DNA of 64,000 nucleotides from NCBI RefSeq assembly GCF_055900595.2, contig NZ_CM148325.1; one strand, 5' to 3'. Shown piece by piece: positions 54,457 to 64,000 of this stretch (position 1 is its first letter; each line of letters starts with the position of its first letter). The notes under the pieces were generated by a model. It saw only the letters and a program-made list of their open reading frames with translations, ran no database searches and was not told where the DNA came from. The position numbers and the translations under genes were made by a program.

Positions 54457-55635
54457 ATGCAATTGCGTAAATTACTGCTGCCAGGACTGCTTTCCGTTAC
54501 CCTTTTAAGCGGCTGTTCGCTGTTTAACAGCGAAGAAGATGTGGTAAAGATGTCCCCATTGCCAACCGTTGAAAACCAGTTTACGCCGACCACGGCGTGG
54601 AGCACTTCCGTTGGTAGCGGCATTGGCAACTTCTATTCCAATCTTCATCCGGCACTGGCGGACAACATTGTCTATGCAGCAGACCGCGCTGGTTTAGTAA
54701 AAGCGCTGAATGCGGATGATGGCAAAGAAATCTGGTCTGTCAGTCTGGCCGAGAAAGATGGCTGGTTCTCTAAAGAGCCTGCATTACTTTCTGGCGGCGT
54801 GACCGTGTCTGGCGGACATGTCTACATTGGTAGCGAAAAGGCGCAGGTTTACGCGCTGAATACCAGCGATGGTACTGTGGCATGGCAAACTAAAGTCGCG
54901 GGTGAAGCGCTTTCTCGCCCGGTGGTCAGCGACGGTCTGGTGTTAATCCACACCAGTAACGGTCAGTTGCAAGCCCTGAACGAAGCTGACGGCGCTGTCA
55001 AATGGACAGTTAACCTCGATATGCCTTCACTCTCTTTGCGTGGCGAGTCTGCGCCAGCAACGGCTTTTGGTGCGGCCGTCGTGGGTGGCGATAATGGTCG
55101 CGTCAGCGCAGTGCTAATGGAACAGGGCCAGATGATTTGGCAGCAGCGTATTTCCCAGGCGACCGGTTCTACCGAAATTGACCGCCTGAGCGATGTTGAC
55201 ACGACTCCCGTCATTGTTAACGGCGTTGTTTTCGCGCTGGCCTATAATGGTAACCTGACAGCGCTTGATCTGCGCAGCGGTCAGATTATGTGGAAGCGCG
55301 AACTGGGTTCGGTGAATGATTTCATCGTCGACGGCAACCGCATCTATCTGGTCGATCAAAATGACCGGGTGATGGCGTTGACCATTGATGGCGGCGTTAC
55401 GCTGTGGACACAAAGCGATCTGCTGCATCGCCTGTTGACTTCTCCGGTGCTGTATAATGGCAACCTGGTGGTAGGTGACAGTGAAGGTTATCTGCACTGG
55501 ATCAACGTCGAAGATGGTCGTTTCGTTGCCCAGCAAAAAGTTGATAGTTCCGGTTTCCAGACTGAACCGGTTGCCGCTGACGGCAAACTGCTGATCCAGG
55601 CAAAAGACGGGACTGTGTACTCTATTACACGTTAA
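54457..55635 (+). CDS. bamB: outer-membrane protein assembly factor BamB
   Basis: 392 aa; lipobox LLSGC; PQQ-like beta-propeller repeats. Confidence 0.95.
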   Translation: MQLRKLLLPGLLSVTLLSGCSLFNSEEDVVKMSPLPTVENQFTPTTAWSTSVGSGIGNFYSNLHPALADNIVYAADRAGLVKALNADDGKEIWSVSLAEKDGWFSKEPALLSGGVTVSGGHVYIGSEKAQVYALNTSDGTVAWQTKVAGEALSRPVVSDGLVLIHTSNGQLQALNEADGAVKWTVNLDMPSLSLRGESAPATAFGAAVVGGDNGRVSAVLMEQGQMIWQQRISQATGSTEIDRLSDVDTTPVIVNGVVFALAYNGNLTALDLRSGQIMWKRELGSVNDFIVDGNRIYLVDQNDRVMALTIDGGVTLWTQSDLLHRLLTSPVLYNGNLVVGDSEGYLHWINVEDGRFVAQQKVDSSGFQTEPVAADGKLLIQAKDGTVYSITR

Positions 55636-55656
55636 TCGTCTCTGTCGTTCACTTTG

Positions 55657-55693
55657 AAAACGGCTCCTGGACAGGGGCCGTTTTCCTGTTTTT
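55657..55693 (+). terminator. bamB terminator/attenuator hairpin
   Basis: aaaacggc...gccgtttt followed by cctgttttt. Confidence 0.6.
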
Positions 55694-55752
55694 AACAACG
55701 ACACGAATATAGCGTGCGTTGTCTGATGATTTATAAAAATGAGGCTTTAAAC

Positions 55753-57225
55753 ATGGTACCTGTGGTCGCGCTTGTCGGGCGCCCTAACGTAGGAAAATCC
55801 ACGTTATTTAACCGTCTAACTCGCACCCGAGATGCGCTGGTTGCGGATTTCCCGGGTCTGACTCGTGACCGTAAGTACGGTCGTGCGGAAATTGAAGGCC
55901 GCGAGTTTATCTGTATTGATACCGGCGGGATTGACGGAACAGAAGACGGTGTAGAAACCCGCATGGCGGAACAGTCGCTGCTGGCGATTGAAGAAGCGGA
56001 CGTCGTACTGTTTATGGTGGATGCGCGCGCGGGCCTGATGCCTGCGGATGAAGCGATTGCCAAACATCTGCGCTCCCGCGAAAAACCCACCTTTCTGGTG
56101 GCAAACAAAACCGATGGTCTGGATCCGGATCAGGCCGTTGTTGATTTCTATTCGCTCGGTTTAGGTGAAATCTATCCTATCGCCGCGTCTCACGGTCGTG
56201 GCGTATTAAGTCTGCTGGAGCACGTGCTGTTGCCGTGGATGGAAGATATCGCACCACAAGAAGAAGTGGATGAAGACGCTGAGTACTGGGCGCAATTTGA
56301 AGCGGAAGAGAACGGCGAAGAAGAAGAGGAAGACGACTTTGACCCGCAAAGTCTGCCAATCAAACTGGCGATAGTGGGTCGTCCTAACGTCGGTAAGTCT
56401 ACACTCACTAACCGTATCCTTGGCGAAGAACGCGTCGTAGTTTACGACATGCCGGGCACTACGCGTGACAGTATCTACATTCCAATGGAACGCGATGGGC
56501 GTGAGTATGTACTCATTGACACTGCGGGCGTACGTAAACGCGGCAAAATCACCGATGCGGTAGAGAAATTCTCCGTAATCAAAACATTGCAGGCGATTGA
56601 AGATGCCAACGTGGTGATGTTGGTGATTGATGCTCGCGAAGGTATTTCCGATCAGGATCTCTCCCTGCTGGGCTTTATTCTCAATAGTGGGCGCTCACTT
56701 GTCATTGTAGTGAACAAGTGGGACGGCCTGAGCCAGGAAGTGAAAGAGCAAGTAAAAGAGACGCTGGACTTCCGTCTGGGCTTTATCGACTTCGCCCGTG
56801 TGCATTTTATCTCTGCATTATACGGCAGCGGCGTTGGTAACCTGTTTGAGTCAGTACGTGAAGCGTATGACAGCTCCACCCGTCGTGTGGGGACATCTAT
56901 GCTGACGCGTATCATGACCATGGCGGTTGAAGATCACCAGCCGCCGCTGGTTCGCGGGCGTCGTGTGAAGCTGAAATATGCCCACGCCGGTGGTTACAAT
57001 CCGCCGATTGTGGTGATTCACGGCAACCAAGTGAAAGACCTGCCTGATTCGTACAAACGCTACTTGATGAATTACTTCCGCAAGTCTCTGGACGTGATGG
57101 GTACGCCGATTCGTATTCAGTTCAAAGAAGGGGAAAACCCATATGCGAACAAGCGTAACACCCTGACGCCGACCCAGATGCGCAAGCGTAAGCGTTTGAT
57201 GAAGCATATTAAGAAAAGTAAGTAA
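55753..57225 (+). CDS. der: ribosome-associated GTPase Der (EngA), two tandem GTPase domains
   Basis: 490 aa from [17 protein letters not shown]; second G-domain [11 protein letters not shown]; KH-like C-terminus. Confidence 0.95.
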   Translation: MVPVVALVGRPNVGKSTLFNRLTRTRDALVADFPGLTRDRKYGRAEIEGREFICIDTGGIDGTEDGVETRMAEQSLLAIEEADVVLFMVDARAGLMPADEAIAKHLRSREKPTFLVANKTDGLDPDQAVVDFYSLGLGEIYPIAASHGRGVLSLLEHVLLPWMEDIAPQEEVDEDAEYWAQFEAEENGEEEEEDDFDPQSLPIKLAIVGRPNVGKSTLTNRILGEERVVVYDMPGTTRDSIYIPMERDGREYVLIDTAGVRKRGKITDAVEKFSVIKTLQAIEDANVVMLVIDAREGISDQDLSLLGFILNSGRSLVIVVNKWDGLSQEVKEQVKETLDFRLGFIDFARVHFISALYGSGVGNLFESVREAYDSSTRRVGTSMLTRIMTMAVEDHQPPLVRGRRVKLKYAHAGGYNPPIVVIHGNQVKDLPDSYKRYLMNYFRKSLDVMGTPIRIQFKEGENPYANKRNTLTPTQMRKRKRLMKHIKKSK

Positions 57226-57287
57226 TCACTTATCTGGTTTCCCTTTCCAAACGGAGAGGGAAACTGAACAACAGGCGAGGAGTATTT

Positions 57288-57503
57288 ATGGAACTCAACT
57301 GCCCAACCTGCCATAACCCTCTCGAACGCAACGGTGAAACTGCCCACTGTGCAACTTGTGCCAAAGATTTCACCATTCAGGCGCTTTGTCCTGACTGCCA
57401 TCAGCCATTACAGGTGTTAAAAGCTTGTGGTGCAGTAGATTATTTCTGCCAGCATGGGCACGGTTTAATATCCAAAAAGCGCGTTGAATTTATTGTTGCT
57501 TAA
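57288..57503 (+). CDS. yfgJ: zinc-ribbon protein YfgJ
   Basis: 71 aa; CxxC pairs CPTCH, CATC, CPDCH and CQHGH. Confidence 0.9.
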   Translation: MELNCPTCHNPLERNGETAHCATCAKDFTIQALCPDCHQPLQVLKACGAVDYFCQHGHGLISKKRVEFIVA

Positions 57504-57694
57504 TATTATTTAAATATATGGTGTAATCATTTGTATTCATAATATAAATGATTGCATCCTATTTTATTTGTTGAAACGCAAATGTAAGTGAGCGAAATCA
57601 CTGTGTTATAAATTTAAGATTATATTTAGTTTTCCTGGCGTGCCTTTCTGAATAATCTGGAATAGAATATTAGAGCTAATTTTAAGCATTATTA

Positions 57695-59887
57695 ATGTCA
57701 CAGGGGATGTGCATGCTGCGATGGAAACGCTGTATTATGCTAACATTTATCTCTGGAGCTGCTTTTGCGGCTCCAGAGATAAATGTTGAGCATAAAGAAT
57801 CGTTACCTGATTTAGGTAGTCAGGCCGCACAACAGGAAGAGCAAACTAACAAGGGTAAATCGCTAAAAGAGCGTGGTGCCGATTACGTCATTAACTCTGC
57901 CACGCAAGGGTTTGAAAACCTGACACCCGAGGCGCTGGAGTCCCAGGCCAGAAGCTATCTGCAAAGTCAAATTACCTCTACGACACAATCTTATATTGAG
58001 GATACACTCTCCCCCTACGGTAAGGTCCGAACGAATCTTTCTCTTGGTCAGGGCGGCGATCTGGATGGCAGTTCCATCGATTATTTTGTTCCCTGGTATG
58101 ATAATCAAACTACTGTTTATTTCAGCCAATTTTCTGCACAACGAAAAGAAGATCGTACGATCGGGAATATTGGGCTTGGTGTAAGACATAATTTTGATAG
58201 ATGGTTATTGGGTGGAAATATATTTTATGATTATGACTTTACCCGTGGGCATCGCCGTTTAGGTTTAGGCGCCGAAGCGTGGACTGATTATTTAAAATTC
58301 TCTGGCAACTATTATCACCCGCTTTCTGACTGGAAAGACTCCGAAGATTTCGATTTTTATGAGGAGCGCCCGGCGCGCGGCTGGGATATTCGCGCCGAAG
58401 CCTGGCTACCTGCTTACCCGCAGCTTGGCGGTAAAATCGTTTTCGAACAGTATTACGGTGATGAAGTCGCGCTTTTTGGCACCGATAATCTGGAGAATGA
58501 TCCCTTCGCCGTCACGCTGGGTGTGAAATACCAGCCCCTACCACTCATTGCCGTAGGAACGGATTTCAAAGCCGGCACTGGCGATAATACCGATCTTTCT
58601 GTTAACGCAACGCTGAACTACCAGTTTGGTGTCCCGCTCAAAGACCAGCTTGATCCTGACAAAGTGAGCGCGGCTCACTCGCTCATGGGCAGCCGTCACG
58701 ACTTTGTTGAACGTAACAACTTTATTGTTCTGGAATACAAAGAGAAAGATCCCCTCGATGTCACTTTGTGGCTGAAAGCCGATGCGACGAATGAACATCC
58801 CGAGTGCGTGATTAAAGATACGCCAGAAGCAGCCATCGGGCTGGAAAAATGTAAGTGGACCATTAACGCGCTCATTAATCATCACTACAAAATCGTTGCT
58901 GCCTCCTGGCAGGCGAAAAACAATGCTGCACGTACGCTGGTGATGCCGGTTATCAAAGAAAATACGCTTACCGAAGGGAACAACAATCACTGGAATCTGG
59001 TGCTGCCTGCCTGGCAGTACAGCTCTGATAAAGCCGACCAGGAAAAACTCAATACCTGGCGGGTACGCCTGTCGCTGGAAGATGAAAAGGGCAATCGGCA
59101 GAACTCCGGCGTGGTGGAAATTACCGTTCAGCAGGACCGTAAAATTGAGCTCATTGTTAACAACATCGCCAATGTACCGGATGAGAACAATCACAGCCAC
59201 GAAGCCAGCGCGCAAGCGGATGGTGTAGATGGTGTCGTCATGGATCTCGACGTTACCGATAGTTTTGGCGACAACACTGACCGTAACGGTAATGTCTTGC
59301 CGCAGGATAATCTCAGCCCGCAGCTGTTTGACGCCAATGATAAAAAAGTGACGCTGACAAATAAACCCTGCACCACCGAGGTGCCGTGCGTTTTTATCGC
59401 CAAACAAGATAAAGAAAAGGGGACCGTTACGCTCTCCAGTACGTTGCCCGGCACCTTCCGCTGGAAAGCGAAAGCCGCCCCTTATGATGACAGTAACTAT
59501 GTTGACGTAACGTTCCTGGGTTCTGACATCGGCGGGCTGAATGCTTTTATCTACCGCGTTGGTGCAGCTAAGCCCGTCAATCTTATCGGCAACAAAGAAC
59601 CGTTGCCTCTCAATAGCCGCTATCGCTTTGTGCTGTGGCGCGACGCTAACAAAGACGGCGTGTTCCAGCTTTCTGAGAAGCTCACTGACGATGAGATGAA
59701 ACAGTATGACTATCAGTGGGAATTCACGGGGCATAGCGTAAATGGCAATACCGGTGCGCAAACCAATACCACGAACGTCGATATAGAGATCCCGGCAACC
59801 AACAAGGAAGCGGCAGCAAAGTTTAGTGCCCAGGTAACCGATGGCGTGCAGGGATACGGTTTGCAGGTCAATTACAGCAAGAAATAG
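57695..59887 (+). CDS. sinH: inverse autotransporter (intimin/invasin family) adhesin, SinH-like
   Basis: 730 aa (likely true start at 57713, 6 nt after AGGGG; signal peptide MLRWKRCIMLTFISGAAFA); N-terminal beta-barrel-like region with alternating aromatic residues; C-terminal passenger; AT-rich upstream region. Confidence 0.75.
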   Translation: MSQGMCMLRWKRCIMLTFISGAAFAAPEINVEHKESLPDLGSQAAQQEEQTNKGKSLKERGADYVINSATQGFENLTPEALESQARSYLQSQITSTTQSYIEDTLSPYGKVRTNLSLGQGGDLDGSSIDYFVPWYDNQTTVYFSQFSAQRKEDRTIGNIGLGVRHNFDRWLLGGNIFYDYDFTRGHRRLGLGAEAWTDYLKFSGNYYHPLSDWKDSEDFDFYEERPARGWDIRAEAWLPAYPQLGGKIVFEQYYGDEVALFGTDNLENDPFAVTLGVKYQPLPLIAVGTDFKAGTGDNTDLSVNATLNYQFGVPLKDQLDPDKVSAAHSLMGSRHDFVERNNFIVLEYKEKDPLDVTLWLKADATNEHPECVIKDTPEAAIGLEKCKWTINALINHHYKIVAASWQAKNNAARTLVMPVIKENTLTEGNNNHWNLVLPAWQYSSDKADQEKLNTWRVRLSLEDEKGNRQNSGVVEITVQQDRKIELIVNNIANVPDENNHSHEASAQADGVDGVVMDLDVTDSFGDNTDRNGNVLPQDNLSPQLFDANDKKVTLTNKPCTTEVPCVFIAKQDKEKGTVTLSSTLPGTFRWKAKAAPYDDSNYVDVTFLGSDIGGLNAFIYRVGAAKPVNLIGNKEPLPLNSRYRFVLWRDANKDGVFQLSEKLTDDEMKQYDYQWEFTGHSVNGNTGAQTNTTNVDIEIPATNKEAAAKFSAQVTDGVQGYGLQVNYSKK

Positions 59888-59942
59888 GGTCGGCGCCATG
59901 GCTGATCGGGCCACCGCTGAATATTAATCAAGGAGAGTGTTT

Positions 59943-60935
59943 ATGAAACCTGATATGAAACGTGGCCTGACAAAAGTCGCGCTCGCGTTGATGCTGGCTG
60001 GATACTGTGCCGTACCAGCCGCTATGGCGGAAGATGCCGCCTGGGTCGCCAGTGGAGCGACCGCTGAATTCGAAGGGACTATACCCTGGCTCTATCGCGA
60101 AGGGGGGAATGCCACGATTAACTCGGAAGATGCGGATCACATTAAAGTGACGTCTGATGGTAAAGGGACCCGCCCTGCAGGTAGCGAGACGGATAAACGC
60201 CTTTACTCAGGGGATACCATCACGCTGGGATGGGATATCGGCGATACCGAAGGGGATGTTGATGATGGTCCCGCAGGCATTGATGCGAAAACGACGGCCA
60301 CTATCAAATGGTACAGCTACAGCAATAATGCGGGTGGCGATAAAACGGAGCTGACCGCAGCGGCAGGCAAGACGAGTTATAAACTCACTGATGACGATCG
60401 TGGGCGTTATATCGGTGTTGAAATCCAGCCCATCACCCAGACCGGTAATCCCTTCGAGGGAACGTCGCTGACTCTGCTGGATATTTCAACGGCCAGCGGT
60501 GGCGGCAGCGATACGGACAATGTCGATCCCGGCCCGGTTGTGAACCAGAATCTGAAAGTTGCCATCTTCGAGAAAGGCACCACTACCAACCTTATCGGTG
60601 GTAACACGGCCATTGCGCTTAATAAAACGTATGTGGCCAAACTGTACTCGGATGAAAACCAGAACGATAAATACGACGCAGGTACGGATATGGACGTTAC
60701 CGCTAACTATGACTTTGCATGGGTCTTTAACGGTAACAGTAAACAACTTGCTGCGGCGGGCGGTATTGCTAATGCCAGCTTCGATAACAATGACATTGTT
60801 ATCCCGCAAACTAACGAAGAAGCAAGAACCAGCCTTAACGGTAGTGATCGTAATGGTAAGAGTGGTCTTGCGATCCCGGCAAACGGCGACGGCGTTCAGG
60901 GCTATACGCTGTCTATCATTTACAAACACCACTAA
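59943..60935 (+). CDS. sinI: secreted protein with an Ig-like/invasin-type C-terminal domain, SinI-like
   Basis: 331 aa from the ATG at 59943, 8 nt after AGGAG; signal peptide ...AVPAAMA; C-terminus ...GDGVQGYTLSIIYKHH is paralogous to the SinH-like C-terminus ...DGVQGYGLQVNYSKK. Confidence 0.7.
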   Translation: MKPDMKRGLTKVALALMLAGYCAVPAAMAEDAAWVASGATAEFEGTIPWLYREGGNATINSEDADHIKVTSDGKGTRPAGSETDKRLYSGDTITLGWDIGDTEGDVDDGPAGIDAKTTATIKWYSYSNNAGGDKTELTAAAGKTSYKLTDDDRGRYIGVEIQPITQTGNPFEGTSLTLLDISTASGGGSDTDNVDPGPVVNQNLKVAIFEKGTTTNLIGGNTAIALNKTYVAKLYSDENQNDKYDAGTDMDVTANYDFAWVFNGNSKQLAAAGGIANASFDNNDIVIPQTNEEARTSLNGSDRNGKSGLAIPANGDGVQGYTLSIIYKHH

Positions 60936-60944
60936 TGCGCACAA

Positions 60945-60972
60945 CAGCATTCCCTTACGGGAATGCTGTTTT
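60945..60972 (+). terminator. rho-independent terminator after the sinI-like gene
   Basis: cagcattccc-ttac-gggaatgctg followed by tttt; a second perfect 13-bp hairpin lies at 60975-61009. Confidence 0.7.
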
Positions 60973-61043
60973 CGCCTGTTTTGCTTAGCGACGCGTTAAG
61001 CAAAACAGGTTGATGTTTTGTTTATCATGCTGGAGTTTTCTAC

Positions 61044-64000
61044 ATGTCGGTATGTCTGAAACCAGGGAAAATCATTATGCTTCTGGGCATGTTGGCAGCT
61101 TTTATGCTGTCTGACTTTGCACGGGCAGGGGCGGAATGGCAGACATATCCTGATTCTACAGGCGAGTTTAACGGAACCGTTCCTTTTGCCGACAGCGCCA
61201 GCGTACCCGTCTATCAGGGCAGTGTTCAGCTTAATCCTGCTGAATCTCATGATGTCGGGTTTTCTGCTAAACCGAATGAATTTAGCGTTGACGATGACGC
61301 TGCTAACCTGATTGTCGCTAATCCTCAGGACAATGAAGGCGACCAGTTTTCCACACCACCTGCGCTGCGCTGGGAAAATCAAACACCCCCTACCGTCAGC
61401 CTGGTGTGGGCCGATGCCGCCACGCCCGATGTGCCCCTTAACCCACAACCTATTGCTAACCGTAGCTTTTGCGCTCAGGGGCTGGCCGGACGCTCGCTGG
61501 TGGCCTGGCCGCAGATTGATGCGCAGCAAACCCTCCCACTGCTCTACCTGTTGACCTCGACCGGCTATCCCTATGCGGGGACGGTGGCGCTGGTGGACCA
61601 GAAAGTGACCCTGAACATCGCGCCCGCGCAGGGCGATTTAATCTCGGTGAGCGCCAGCGGTTATAACGAAACGATCGCGGCGGCAAAAACCACCGTTGGC
61701 GACACCATCACGCTCACCGTCACCACTAAAGATTGTCAGGGCAACGTCGCGGGTAATATTCCGTTTATTATCAAACGTAAAGATGCTGAAAATCGCCAGG
61801 GGGCAGTGAATAATAGTGCGCCAGTGGTACTGGATAGCACCGAGTTAACGACGACGGCTACCGAATACCATGGCACCTCTGATGCCAACGGCACGGCCAC
61901 CATCACGGTGAGCCAACCGAACGGCCCTGGCGTCAAAACGCCACTGGTGGTCAGCATTTCCGGCATTGCGCAAACCAGCGAAACCGCGGTGATTTTTACG
62001 GTGCTCACCAGCCCGGACGCGGCGCAGGCTACGATGTGGGGCCATATGGCGGAAACGGTAGAAGCGCACGGTTACACCTTCAGTCGACCAAAGCTGGCGG
62101 CAGAAGTCAGCAATGAAAGCGCCACGGTCGTCGATCACAACGAAACCTGGTCCACCTTCACCTGGAGCGGCGCAGATAACCACTGCACCGTGCTGCCCGG
62201 CATGCGCCACTTCGGCGCGCTGGCGACCGTTATCCCCACATCGGTGCAGACAGTCCTTGGCTGGCCGATGCAGGGGGATTATTACTGGTCATCGCTGGCG
62301 GGCACCACCGGGCAGCACCATGCGGCGGATGTCTCTAACCGTGGTGAAACGCAAAAGCCGGATAGCACCCCGTTTCTTGTAAGCTGCGTGGATAAACCCG
62401 CGCCTGATGTCGAGCCGAAAATCGTCCTTACGCCCGAAAACTATGATGATACGGCACAGGCGATGAAATCGCAGGTGGGCGAAGACGCCACGATGCGTCT
62501 GACGATCACCGACAATAAAAATAACGATCAACCACTGGCGTATTACTACTTCTCGCTGCATCTGGATGACGGCGTTAACCGCAAAAATCAAACCGATTCC
62601 GCCTGGGAAGCCCATCCGGTGCAGATTACTGGTGGTTCGAATTTGCAACAGGTTGATGCTCACACCTATGAAGGCATGACCGATGTCAACGGTCAGGCTT
62701 CGCTAACCCTGAGTCAGCCCGACGGCGCAGGCGTGAAAACCCATATCACGGCGAAAATGCGCAGCAATTTTACGGCTACAGATGCCAAAGACGTGATTTT
62801 TACTGTGATCACCAGCCCGGACAGCGACAAGGCGCGGATGTGGGGCCATATGCGCGGCATTGTTGTATCTGGCAGTCTGTTCAAACGCCCAGTGCTGGCG
62901 GATGAAACTGAGCATGAACTGGGATCGGTGCGGGAAAATAACGAAGACTGGGCGCTGTTCGATCAAGACACCAGTATGCAGGCTGAATGCGGCGTCGGCC
63001 ATACGCCAAGTCAGAGTGGGCTGGAAAGCCTTTTTTCAGCCCATCCCGGTAACGCGATTGGCACTGAGTATGGCTGGCCCACCGCACAACAGAACTACCT
63101 AAGCGCGGTGGAGCAAGCCACGCATTCATCGGTGAATTTGGCGAACGGAAACGTCGACAGCTACCCCGGCTTTAAGCGAAATTACCTCTCCTGTTCGGGC
63201 AATGAGATGGTCGCGAAGGTTGAAGTGAGCACCGATCACGATGTCACCCCTGGCACCAAAGCGCAGGCCAAAGTGGGAGACACCGTCGTGATGACCGTGC
63301 GTACGGTTAACGCGCTCAATAATACCCCCGTTCCCTTTACTGCCTTCACCATCACTAAAGGCATGGGGTATAACCGAGCGGGGCTGGTGAGCGGGTTTGA
63401 TGACCCGAGCAGCGGCGCAATCTCGATGAATGGCACGCAATACGGCACATCTCAGCCGTCGATGGTCTACACAGGTACGACAGATGCACAAGGCGTGGCA
63501 ACGGTCGAAATAGAGCAACCCCAGGGGGTGGGGTTAAGAACCGTGCTGAGCATTACGCCGGTCAATTCCCATCTACCAAATGCCATTAATTACAATGTTA
63601 TTTTTACCACCCCAACCAGCCCGGATGTTAGTGGGGCGCAGATGTGGGGCCATATGGATGAAACGATTACCGTTGATTCATTAACCTTTACCCGGCCTAA
63701 GCTGGCAGCAGAAATCACCAGTCCGGATGGCACATTAACGGAAAAAAACGAAGTCTGGGCGCGCGTTAGCCAGGCCAGTACGGCCATTACCAGTAAAGGC
63801 GGTTGCGGAACCAATATGCTGCCGCGCCGCTCCCAGCTCAGTGCGCTCTATGACGCTAATAACGGTAATGCGGTGCAAGCCACACACGGCTGGCCGACGC
63901 AGCGTCAGCCCTACTGGAGCAGTTCCCCCGCGGATTTAACGCCGCACAATTACACCATTGCCCTGGATAACGGCGCACAGGCCATCGGCGGCGATACGCC
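61044..64000 (+). CDS. ratA: giant repetitive surface protein, RatA/RatB-like, N-terminal 985 aa (3' end lies outside the window)
   Basis: ATG at 61044, 7 nt after GGAG; signal peptide ...SDFARAGA; frame has no stop through 64000 (so it is absent from the stop-bounded ORF track); contains three in-frame tandem repeats, each with TSPD...MWGHM. Confidence 0.75.
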   Translation, partial: MSVCLKPGKIIMLLGMLAAFMLSDFARAGAEWQTYPDSTGEFNGTVPFADSASVPVYQGSVQLNPAESHDVGFSAKPNEFSVDDDAANLIVANPQDNEGDQFSTPPALRWENQTPPTVSLVWADAATPDVPLNPQPIANRSFCAQGLAGRSLVAWPQIDAQQTLPLLYLLTSTGYPYAGTVALVDQKVTLNIAPAQGDLISVSASGYNETIAAAKTTVGDTITLTVTTKDCQGNVAGNIPFIIKRKDAENRQGAVNNSAPVVLDSTELTTTATEYHGTSDANGTATITVSQPNGPGVKTPLVVSISGIAQTSETAVIFTVLTSPDAAQATMWGHMAETVEAHGYTFSRPKLAAEVSNESATVVDHNETWSTFTWSGADNHCTVLPGMRHFGALATVIPTSVQTVLGWPMQGDYYWSSLAGTTGQHHAADVSNRGETQKPDSTPFLVSCVDKPAPDVEPKIVLTPENYDDTAQAMKSQVGEDATMRLTITDNKNNDQPLAYYYFSLHLDDGVNRKNQTDSAWEAHPVQITGGSNLQQVDAHTYEGMTDVNGQASLTLSQPDGAGVKTHITAKMRSNFTATDAKDVIFTVITSPDSDKARMWGHMRGIVVSGSLFKRPVLADETEHELGSVRENNEDWALFDQDTSMQAECGVGHTPSQSGLESLFSAHPGNAIGTEYGWPTAQQNYLSAVEQATHSSVNLANGNVDSYPGFKRNYLSCSGNEMVAKVEVSTDHDVTPGTKAQAKVGDTVVMTVRTVNALNNTPVPFTAFTITKGMGYNRAGLVSGFDDPSSGAISMNGTQYGTSQPSMVYTGTTDAQGVATVEIEQPQGVGLRTVLSITPVNSHLPNAINYNVIFTTPTSPDVSGAQMWGHMDETITVDSLTFTRPKLAAEITSPDGTLTEKNEVWARVSQASTAITSKGGCGTNMLPRRSQLSALYDANNGNAVQATHGWPTQRQPYWSSSPADLTPHNYTIALDNGAQAIGGDT
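61985..64000 (+). repeat. tandem coding repeats of about 804 bp (268 aa) within the ratA-like gene
   Basis: atgtggggccatatg recurs in frame at 62034, 62838 and 63642, each preceded by (V/I)IFT..TSPD and followed by a (T)F.RPKLAAE module. Confidence 0.8.

Noticed and set aside
56270-56350. Acidic EEEEEDD run in der
   Set aside because: Inter-domain linker between the two GTPase domains; the frame is continuous, so it is not a frameshift or a fusion artefact.
58538-59914. 458-aa minus-strand ORF antisense to the sinH-like gene
   Set aside because: Shadow ORF without ribosome-binding site or recognisable domains; the plus-strand frame has a signal peptide and adhesin features.

Overview
This 64 kb window reads as Escherichia coli-type core chromosome, in reverse orientation to the usual K-12 map, ending in an accessory adhesin island. 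Gene identities come from reading the supplied translations against known protein families and gene order; no database search was run. In order: the 3' end of purL; the glmY sRNA with its sigma54 promoter and three GlrR sites; glrK-qseG-glrR; glnB; divergent hmp/glyA; the cryptic yph sugar locus (yphH regulator, yphG-F-E-D-C-B, yphA); the hca phenylpropionate dioxygenase cluster with hcaR and hcaT; csiE, yfhR, suhB, trmJ; the complete iscRSUA-hscBA-fdx-iscX operon; pepB, sseB, a ryfA-like small-toxin/antisense locus, sseA; yfhM-pbpC; ndk, rlmN, rodZ, ispG, hisS, yfgM, bamB, der, yfgJ. From about 57.5 kb an AT-rich junction opens an island encoding an inverse-autotransporter (SinH-like), a secreted paralog of its C-terminal domain (SinI-like) and a giant tandem-repeat surface protein (RatA-like) that runs off the window end. 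This island is the most interesting region; it resembles the Salmonella CS54 sivH/sivI/ratA arrangement, so it is probably under-characterised rather than wholly undescribed. Five REP clusters and two ERIC-like cores lie in intergenic regions. I found no CRISPR array, transposase, integrase, rRNA or tRNA.
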